64,000 nt of DNA from Paecilomyces variotii (lineage: Eukaryota). Positions 54,726 through 64,000 of this stretch are shown here, piece after piece. Made by a program: the position numbers and the translations under genes. The notes under the pieces were generated by a model that worked only from the letters and a program-made list of their open reading frames with translations, did not search any database and was not told where the DNA came from. The stretch lies in NCBI GenBank assembly GCA_004022145.1, contig RCNU01000016.1. One strand, written 5' to 3'. The number at the start of each line of letters is the position of its first letter. Within the stretch, counting starts at the first letter, position 1.

Positions 54726-55395
54726 ATGGCTCCGTGGACCGATTCCAACGACCGCAAGTTGCTTCTCACCTTGATCGATCTCAAGTCGAAGAAGGACTGG
54801 GCCCGCAGCGCTGAACTGATGGGTCCCGAGTTCACTGCTGAAGCTTGTCGGTAAGTACCTAATCTTCTGATCCATACTGTCATGCATAGATTCTATGTCA
54901 AATACCTGTGTGCTATAATTGGACAGTGACCAGTGTTCATAGTCTACCAGCATTCATGATAATATAGCGACTGTGATTATTTCTGACCACAAAGCCTGCT
55001 CACTGATTGTCTACCTCACATGTCACGTGGTCTATAGTTCTCCCTTTCGTCGGATATTGTCCTAGTCTGGCACAGCTGGCTTGAGCTTATCTTGACCTTT
55101 GTGTACCCATGTTATTTGATATCTTGCTCTGAGAAATACCTCACACTTGGATATATGCTGACCAAATAATAGCCAGCACTTTCGCAAATTCAAAGATGAG
55201 GTCGATGAGATAATCGCAGCCGCCGAGGGCAAGAAAAATACCTCTACCACCGCTGATCCTACGGCCGATACTCCTAAAGGACGCAAGCGCAAGGCCCAAG
55301 CCACTTCTTCCGTCTCTCCTAAGAAGCGTGGCCGCCGCGCTGCAGCCGCTAAAGTCAAGACCGAAAGCGCTACTGAGGATGAGGAGAGCTCCTAG
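54726..55395 (+). CDS. Cluster gene E: N-terminal Myb/SANT-like protein, 115 aa; exons 54726-54850, 55173-55395 (not in the ORF track)
   Basis: Spliced MAPWTDSNDRKLLLTLIDLKSKKDWARSAELMGPEFTAEACR|QHFRKFKDEV...TPKGRKRK...SPKKRGRR...VKTE; GTAAGT donor, GCTGAC branch, TAG acceptor. Confidence 0.82.
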
Positions 55396-56808
55396 GCTGT
55401 TTTGGAGGTACGGACGCCCGGATATGTTCTGCCTCTTATCGCGAATCTTGGAGAATAGAACTAATGAATTTGTATTCTTATAGAGATTAGATGACCGCCT
55501 TATGCGTTTCCAGCATCTGGCTGATGGATCTTTTGCCGGGTTTAGGACGGTTTGAATGTTCACTTGGGATGTACGCTCTAAAGTAGAGATAGTATCAATC
55601 GCAGAGATCTTCGTCGCGTATATTTCAGATTATCGTAGAGTCGTACATAAATGTCTCCGTTAGAAAACGCGCTTTCACTTTTTAAACGAGTATTTATATC
55701 TCATTCTCCATTACAATACGACTAGAAAGCACGCAGACAGTTCGATAATGATAGCCCGATGACAAGACTGCCATCGAAATGTTGCTGTGCTTACTCATGG
55801 TAGTTTCTGATTGATTCCACGCTACATAGTAGAAAATAGCATCATGCCTTGGACAAGGGCCAACATACAATCTTCCTTGATCGAGGAACACAACCGAAGT
55901 CTCAGGTGAAGAAAAGCAAATATATTAAACATCTTGCATGATAATATCAGACTAATTGACCTATTGAGAGAAGGCATTATTAAGACCAGCGTTTGAATTT
56001 CCAGTATTATTCTTTATCCTCATAGAACTGGACAGAATAACCCTCAAATTTGAGAGCCTCATGGAAAAGGATTGGTTGAAGACTACGGGTCATGATGGAT
56101 ATAAGCAGTTCAAGTGGATGCGGAACAATTACCTTTAAAGGAGGGTTAAAGAAGCAATTAGTAACTGTGGTTGATATGACTGGATATCACCCTTCAGAAT
56201 GGACTCAGTCTACAGGAAGCGACTTCTGTGACAAAAAGATAAAAAAGATAAACATTGATGATATTAACCATATCCTATCTAGAAACGCCCGAAGCCACCA
56301 TGGGCAACAGATAAAGTACACATATGTCAAGTGCTGGAGGACATGTCCATGTTGACTTTGTATCTGATATTATTCCCCTGCATCTCACCCCTCGTGTGCG
56401 GCTTACCCTCGTCATTCTTAGTCTGAGGTTTCGATTATCGGCTTGGGGATGAATATTGATCTCCACGTCCTTGTTTTCGAGGTTGTGGTCGTGGCCGTGA
56501 TTTCCTTCTAATCGATTTGCTTGCACCCCTTCGATTAGCGGGACTGCGACCGCGCTGATCGGCTTGAGTCCTGTTTGAGAAGGGAGTGGGAATCTGCACC
56601 GATTTGAATCTCCCGGTTTCAGGTGGTGAATATGCCCCGTTACTTGTCTCAGTACCTGGGCTTGCAGTACTATTGTTCGGCGAGGTCCTTCCTGGTGTAT
56701 CGTATCTGGCAGCGCGGGCAGATCGATGGTCCTGGCGAGAGCGTTTTTGTCTATTCTTGTTTCCGTATGTTCTCTTTTTGCGTTTCTCATGAGACACTGC
56801 TACGTATC

Positions 56809-57307
56809 TTAGGATTCTGGCTTATCACTAACCTGGTATGTCCGCTTTCTCGATTGTGGTGTAGCAGGAGCTGGAGACGACGATTCAGAGCACATGTCAC
56901 TCTCTTCCTCTGATTCCTCTCCTGAACCTTCCTCAAGATCGTCGGGGATGAACCGTTCACTGGTTTGCCGTCTCTCATCCAGCACTGCTCTTGCACGTTT
57001 ATAAATCTCAGGCAATTTCTTTCTGCGAGGGGTTATATTAGGTACACTCATGTTCCATATCGGCCTCTTGGGTAACATACCGAAGTGTATCCGCTGAAAC
57101 GATACTAGTCCCCAATTCTTCTGCGACGGCCCTGAAGTCGGGCTTCAATGGACTCATCTCGAGCGCCACTGCTAGAAACAGATGCTCCTGTCGGAGATCC
57201 CATTTAATCGGTCGTCGACGATTTATACCGCATGGAGATCTCGGCTCGTGGTCCACTCGGTTCTCTGTCGTATCGCGCTGGCGATTATTTATCTTCGTCT
57301 TCGCCAT
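56809..57307 (-). CDS. Cluster gene F: diverged Myb/SANT-like protein, 146 aa as read; exons 57307-57081, 57022-56809; may be 3'-truncated
   Basis: Spliced IKWDLRQEHLFLAVALEMSPLKPDFRAVAEELGTSIVSADTLR|KKLPEIYKRAR; GTATGT..CAG intron. A basic tail-like ORF continues out of frame to 56435. Confidence 0.65.
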
Positions 57308-59412
57308 CGTTGTTCTTGGGAGGTTCTGTTCAACGAAAAGCACCGGGTCACATAAGGCAGAGATCGGTGAGTATGCAAGAATTCTCTCTGCTCAGAGACA
57401 GAGGACAGACAGTTCAAAGCAATTCTACATGGTGCTAAATACTAAGAGACGGTGAAGCTAAAACGCGAATCAGACACGAAAGCGCGATTACATTTGGTAC
57501 TTTTGACAGGCATCGCGACGCAATGGTACATGCTTGGATTAGTTCAGTCAACGGAAAGATAATCGCTAAGGTAGTGAGAGTCCAAGGATCTAAGAGGTTA
57601 GTATTGATTCAAATTTGAGAGATAAGTCCCAAAATTATAGGAGATAATCCTCTGTAAAGTGCTTTTTGTGGGTCTAGTTTGGCCCTGCTCGTCCGTCGGA
57701 TATCACTAGTTTCGAAAGATGCGCAGACATGTCTCAGTCGCGTCTGCAATGGACATTACACGGTGAGATAGATACGCGACCAAGGCCAAGTCGCGAAGGA
57801 ATTGCTATCCACTTAGATGTTCTTAGATGTAGGAATCGTTGGGAGTAAATATGTACCAATGAGTAGTATAACCGTCGATTGCGAGAGAGATATGACAACC
57901 ACTAGTTCAGCAGTTTATGAATACAATAGATTCAATTACGACTTTGATCACAGTCATCTAGGTAGCGGATTATATGCCTCCTTGTCAGGTAGCATATCCA
58001 CAAGTGAGATGGCAAGATTTTCTGTTCTATTATCTCTCAAGACATTGTCCGAACCTTCCGCGAAAATCGCCATTGCGCTGTCCACATCGAGAACCGTGCA
58101 CGTAGACGACGCGTGTTGCCGTCGCGGGCTCTGTCTTTTGCATCTTCAGGATTCCTTGCCTTCGAGGATCAAAAAATGGAACAAACATCTGTTGGAGATA
58201 AGCTTCCTCCCCGGTGGCTTCAAAGCATTGCCCATTCCGCTGGGCTACACCATCTCGATGGCTTATGGTCAGCAGCACAAACAAGTGGTAGCATATCTTC
58301 ACAGCTGGTCTGGATCTCAATGCCTAGTGCTCCTTACCACGTGAGCTGCTCCGACGTAAGTAGTATATCGGACTCTTTAGACTGCTCAACCAAGAAGGAG
58401 AAATCTCCCCTTGGGCGCCCTGAATCAGACTTTGCATACATGTTTAACCTTCCCAATCCTGCCACTGGTTAATTACATCATAAAGCCTCTCAATCACCTG
58501 TTTAGTGGTTCCTCTGTGGGTACGGTAATCCCTGAAACCTCGTTTTCTTTGTACATATCTTGGGACCTGCGCTTTGTTAGATACCGATAAAGCTGATAAC
58601 AGGTAACTGGATATGTGGGAGATAACTGGTCTTTGCAATCGAACAAGGATAACTAGTGGGAAATGCAGTAAATGGCAAGCGTCTACCCGTAGGAATTATT
58701 TTTCTCTCTGGAATATACACAGTTTGATGACTATTCGGAACAACAACCCATGGAAAAATGTATCGGTCTATTGTAAAGAAATGGCAAAGAAGAAATACAA
58801 TCCGGAGAGTATCAGTTTAATAAAGAGGAGATCAGACTGCTTATCCACCGTCTGGACTCTTTTGAACCTGAAGGTGGTATGTGTAGAATTCACCCTCTTT
58901 AGGGTCTTTGAGAGACCCTTTCGACCAATGGCTAATAAAGGCACCGTGAGACATAGGAATGGACAGGGAGGATAAACTTTGCTTCCATATAGGCAACATC
59001 TAGCTCTTTCAGGCAAGTTTATAACGCTCCCCTTAGCGTTTGGCCCTGGAAGCCAATCAAAGAAGGGATCCCAAATCGTAAACCTTCCAGAATAAAGCTT
59101 GAACTGACTTCCAGGCTGCTGTATCATACAGATGAAACATGGTTCCAAATGTTAACGTGTATGTGATCTTTGTTCTCTGGAGGATTTTCTTTGTCGATCC
59201 GGATACTTGCATGTTTATCCGCCATGAGCAAGTCCTTGGCCCCCCAGCAATATTTATTCCTGACTTCCGTGCAGTAAGCTGATATCCGATCCATCATTCT
59301 CAGAAACCATATGTGCATTTCTGATAATCTCGGTGAGATTGGCCCCAATTAGACTCATCCTTGCACCCAAGTCTTCTTCACAGACCACTATCCACACATA
59401 TCACTCGTAGCA

Positions 59413-60033
59413 ATGGCTACCGGTCTGCGGCGCAGCAAGACCATGCCGGCCGATGGCCAGACGGCCAAGTTCCTCTACACGATCATAAAGCAGCTGGATC
59501 TGAAATCGGTAAGTTGGACGGCCTCTCCCCTCTCCGGGACCGGGATAAGGACCTTCGGATTTGAGACTGATCGTGGGAACACCGCTCCACAGATCGACTG
59601 GAACCTGGTAGCATCGCAACTGGAAATCTCCAATGGACATGCTGCACGCATGCGCTTCTCTCGGTTCAAGCAACACATGGAAGGCATTCCGACGAATCCA
59701 CGAAACCCGAGACCGAAGAAGACTCCGAACAAGAAACCCGCGAAGGGCGGTCTCAAGGGAGGATCCGGGAAAGAGACCACTCCGCCGCAGATTCAACCGA
59801 AAGAAGAGCATCCGGATGTTCCGTTCAACCTGTCGAATCCGTACAACGTCAAGAGTGAGCCAGCCCCTGAGTCAGCACTCTCGCTTGTTCCGCCGGCCAT
59901 GTCGTCCATAGCGCCTGCAACAGCGCCAATGCAGGCTGCGGCGTCCCAGAACGTCTCGTATCCCTTTCTGACGGTAGCGCCAGCAGACCTGACCTTGCAT
60001 CATCCTGTGCCTACTCATCCTTCGAACTTTTAG
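59413..60033 (+). CDS. Cluster gene G: N-terminal Myb-like protein; intron 59509-59592; coding-like frame continues past the TAG to 60147
   Basis: Spliced TAKFLYTIIKQLDLKS|IDWNLVASQLEISNGHAARMRFSRFKQHMEG followed by a P/K-rich tail. Confidence 0.85.
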   Translation: MATGLRRSKTMPADGQTAKFLYTIIKQLDLKSVSWTASPLSGTGIRTFGFETDRGNTAPQIDWNLVASQLEISNGHAARMRFSRFKQHMEGIPTNPRNPRPKKTPNKKPAKGGLKGGSGKETTPPQIQPKEEHPDVPFNLSNPYNVKSEPAPESALSLVPPAMSSIAPATAPMQAAASQNVSYPFLTVAPADLTLHHPVPTHPSNF

Positions 60034-61252
60034 CCCCAGTCTCATTTCTATCACGGGCAGCATCTATGGGCTCCTGTCAAGACGGAGCAGCAGGATGATG
60101 TGCGTATGAGCGATGTATTCGTCAAGGTGGAGCCACAAGGGAACTGACAGGATATTCTTCATTGGATTGTGGCCAAAGCACATGAATGTGTCCTTTCTGT
60201 ATGAATATGTTAGCTTCTCTAGAGTCTCGCAGTGTTATCCCATGTGTAAACCTCGAATACCATATTGAACCAAAGTCGGAATGTTCTATTCCTCTTGCTA
60301 TAGATATTCCATTATCAGCTTAATATCCCGTAGATATTCTAAGCTCTTTAATATCCATATAGTACTTCAGCATTCAGTATCAATATCTTCATGATTTGTA
60401 CCAACACTTTCGAGACGTCTGGATAACCTGTGCTCTTGTCTTTGTAGAGGTAGGACACTTGATGAGAATCATGGAAGTTCGCCAGCCAAAGAACAAAAAG
60501 ACCACGCTATGTGGTCGTCAAAAGGGTAGGTCGTAAAAGGCACAATTAGAGCACCTGGATATGTTACAGCATTGGTTGTTCACTGTGCAGAGCGGCTTGT
60601 CCCGTTTATAGTAACTTGTGCTCACTATCTTGTAGATACGATCTATTACAGAACGCCGAGAACCCCATGCCATGAAGGAAAACAGAACATGATAAACAGG
60701 ATAACCTATATTAAGCATATTAGGAGTCTATATCATATCCTCATCAGAGAGTATAAACTATAATGTAGTTCACTATCTATATCTATGTCTTGATCATAGC
60801 AATAATCACTACTATGGCCATGTAACCACACAAAGATACATTCTGGTCAATCATACATAGTGCTAGGTCAGCGTAACGTTATTTTCGCGGACGTAACGCC
60901 GCAGTGAATTTGACCCACGAACACTTCCTATGAGCTGTTTTTCTCTCACAATCGTGTGAGGTTCACGTCAACATTGATCCAACACACAGAGTTCTTCTCA
61001 CCTCCTCACATCCTCCTCCTTTCCATCCTTCATCCTCATTGATATCAAGACTCGGATAGTACACCCTGAACCATATCGAGGCTCGGGGTTCATTATTCAT
61101 ATCAGGATCAGGTCTGTATATCATATCTTTACTATCCTCGTTGATATATTATGATTCAACTCACTTTTCACGGTGAGAGATCAAGCTAATGTCCCATCCA
61201 TCTATAGAAAAATCAAATTCAGCATCAAGAATCGAAGACAAAATCGATCATC

Positions 61253-61901
61253 ATGGCTACCAAGACTGCTAACATCGACTCTGTCCTTTCCAAAGAGGGC
61301 GCCGCTCCCCGGGACGATTTCGGGTTCGCTCTCGAATGCATGAAGAGTCTCGATGACAACCACAATGTAATAGAATTTCCTTTCCTTTTCATTTCTGTGC
61401 CTCCATGTTGTATATGGAAATGATCATTTATACTAATCAGGGAGCACACAGGTCGATCTTACCAAGGTTGCCAATGCTTTGAACTACACAAACGTTCAGT
61501 CTGTCGGTAATAGATACCGTGTCTTCCGCAAGAAGTACGGTATTAACCTGAACTGCGTGACTGGTTCTGGCGTTGTCACCACCAAGGCCGGCGATGGCGA
61601 CGAGATCGACAGTCCCAGCCCTGTCAAGACACCTAGGAAGCCTCGTGCTCGCAAGGGCGCGAAGGTCTCCTCTGAGCCTATCCCGGCTACTGCTGATGAC
61701 AATTCAAACGATGCTGGCGAAGCTGTTGCCAAGCCGAAGACTCCGCGCCGCCGCAGGACGGTCAAGGAGACCGTCCAGGATACAGATGTGGACACCCTTC
61801 AGGCTGCTATCGACGACGCGGTCGAGAATGTCAAGAAGCGCAACAACACCAAGGTCGTCAAGAAGGAATCTGAGGATGAGACTACTGCGGACTCCGAGTA
61901 G
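61253..61901 (+). CDS. Cluster gene H: N-terminal Myb-like protein, 187 aa; exons 61253-61366, 61452-61901
   Basis: Spliced DDFGFALECMKSLDDNHN|VDLTKVANALNYTNVQSVGNRYRVFRKKYG; TACTAAT branch; SPVK, TPRK and TPRR in the tail. Confidence 0.82.
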
Positions 61902-62744
61902 ATGTCGTCAGACTTATTCTGACCAATACGAACGGTACGTTTTGTAGATTGCTATTATATCATCACCGGCAATGGATCATAACTGACGTGTCTACTTGAC
62001 AGGACAGTATCCGAGATCTGATTATGTTGGAACTTGGAAATCTGTATCTGTATGCTTGAGGGTCACCACTCACTTTGGGGAAGCTGTAAACATTGAAAAT
62101 TACGTTTTGTCCACCAGCGGGAGGAGATCTTGATATTGGCTCGATGCCAAGGGAGAGATAGTCCATGTAGACAGTCTCCGATGCAGCTGTATCTTCGAAC
62201 AGTAGCACCTAGGTCATTTGTGATAGCTAGTCGATCTCACTCACCAATAAATTGATATCATACTCATCTTCCTCTGTACAAAAGTATATATCAACATGGC
62301 AACTTTAACAGCATCTAGCAGGTTGAGACTGCGAAGATCCTAAAAGACTCAGGATGTCGTCTTGAACCCAAGTCTCATTTCTCTTGGAATGTCAATTTGC
62401 TATCCGATTGGTCTCGTTCATTCACCGCTATCCTTTGTCTGCCATCTCTGTATTCACTGTCCCCCAGGTCAAAGCGAGAGTGAGCTAAAGACAACACAAC
62501 CGCATTACGGCAAATAATTAATGCCACCTGACGCACAATATATCTGAACTCTTCCTCATCATCTGTCTTCTTCTGTCGGTCACTTTTACACTCTGGACAT
62601 TCCAGTGCAGTCTCTGACACAGCTTGATCAAAATACCAAGGTAATCAGTTCTGTCTTCATACTTCAGTCTGGTATATTTACTGAGATCCACATTTTGTGC
62701 TAGGTCTATCTATAGCAAGAAAACGCAACAAAAAAAACATCAAC

Positions 62745-63398
62745 ATGTCTCGTACCAACAGCGATGAGCAGCTCCAGTTCCTGCTCAGTTGTATCAGGTA
62801 CTCGAACAATGGAAAGGTCAGTTCTAGTTTTCATCTTACATCAGTTCTGCAGCTGTATTTCATTCCTCATGCATATAACAACGCTGACACATAACAGGTT
62901 GACTTCACTGAAGTCGCGAAAGAATGCAAAATCGTCTCCAAGGGCGCGGCGTAAGTTGCTTCCGTCCCATAATCTGCTATCTAGAGTTGAATGGAGTTCA
63001 TACTAACTTGCATAACAAGCGCCAAACGCTACGAGCGCATGATGAAAGCGAACGGCATCAATCCTAACGGTGGACCGTGTCCTCCTTCGGCTTCTCCCGA
63101 CTCCAAAACCAATACCCCGACCAAGGGTGCCACTGTGGGAAAAGCCACTAAGCGCAAGTCGAACGGAGGCAGTCCTGAGTCCAAGAAGGCGAAGATCAAG
63201 AAAGCTGCGATCGAGAATGCGGAGAAGCTTGTTGTTCCGAAGGAGGAACCATCTGACAATGAAAGCAAAGATACCCCTTCTCACACTGCGTATCTCAGCC
63301 AGGGAGCGATGGCGGACGAGGACACTGACAAGGACTTGTTTGATCAGTTCTGCAACACTGGCGAGGATGATTCTCAGGAGGAGGAGCTCTTCGCGTAG
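62745..63398 (+). CDS. Cluster gene I: N-terminal Myb-like protein, 167 aa; exons 62745-62816, 62898-62950, 63020-63398
   Basis: Spliced MSRTNSDEQLQFLLSCIRYSNNGK|VDFTEVAKECKIVSKGAA|AKRYERMMKANG; TACTAAC branch; basic then acidic tail. Confidence 0.86.
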
Positions 63399-64000
63399 CC
63401 GTGTGGCTGTTCTGCTAACAATGTGTTTGTTTGGCATGACTTGCGAGTTTTGTTGTGGGGATCGACCACGATATCGTTGGATGCCTGTAAAGACAAATTG
63501 TTGCAACTTACAATCATTGGGTTTGAGAGAGTCTAAACTGGCTTTGGCTCTGTCGTTTGTGACTTGGAGCATATTGTATTGTTTAGCAATTTTGCCCGAG
63601 GATGCTTTCCTGGTTGGCGGTAGCCGATAAGGACTCTAGCCCAATGCACTCTTTCTTAGCATCTCAACTTCTTTAGTTAAGTCAATTTTGGGCACATGCG
63701 CAGTGGCATTTGCCGCTAGACATTCCCAGCGAGTCTCTTGGTAGTATTCCCCTCTGGCTATGTTTGATGGGGTAAAAATGCGATCGCTCCGCCATGATTC
63801 TGTACGACTAAAGGCTAAAAGGGAATATGCGATGTGATTCGGGAAATACGATTACGATAAGTGAGTTCCATAGCACACTAGTAAGTGAATATGATTCCCT
63901 GTAAGGAAAAGAAATAGTACATCATACACAAGATTCCTCCCTGTCGTACCACCCGCAAAGACCTAACTCGAAGATCCTCCCTCCTTATAACGCCATAATC

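Noticed and set aside
57817-59348. Fragmentary ORFs on both strands between genes F and G
   Set aside because: Frequent stops and no recognisable family or transposase motif; not callable as a gene or pseudogene.

Overview
Intron-containing eukaryotic DNA from a filamentous ascomycete, probably Eurotiales (Aspergillus/Penicillium-like; inferred from GT-AG introns with CTRAY branch points and from the gene content). The window has four parts. (1) 1-18.2 kb is mostly housekeeping: a P-type H+-ATPase (5'-truncated), a GH43 hydrolase, EDE1, alpha-tubulin, a PGA1-like gene, RPC82 and QCR2. (2) 18.3-35.2 kb is an accessory block: a sugar porter and a catechol O-methyltransferase, then a candidate catabolic cluster (C2H2 transcription factor, MFS transporter, DUF3500-like protein, FAH-family hydrolase, small conserved protein). 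(3) 35.9-45.6 kb is housekeeping again: an ABHD11-like hydrolase, a coiled-coil protein, RVB2, LIN1 and UFD1. (4) 47.1-63.4 kb is the most striking part: nine highly diverged small genes with a Myb/SANT-like three-helix domain. Eight are short proteins with the domain at the N-terminus and a basic, S/T-P-rich tail, mostly carrying SUMO-type motifs; the ninth is a longer trihelix-like protein. Introns split the domain, so the ORF track hides it; I rebuilt these gene models by hand. Subsets of the genes share intron positions, and two members look damaged at their 3' ends. All family assignments come from motif recognition, not database searches. No rRNA, tRNA, CRISPR array or intact transposon was recognised.
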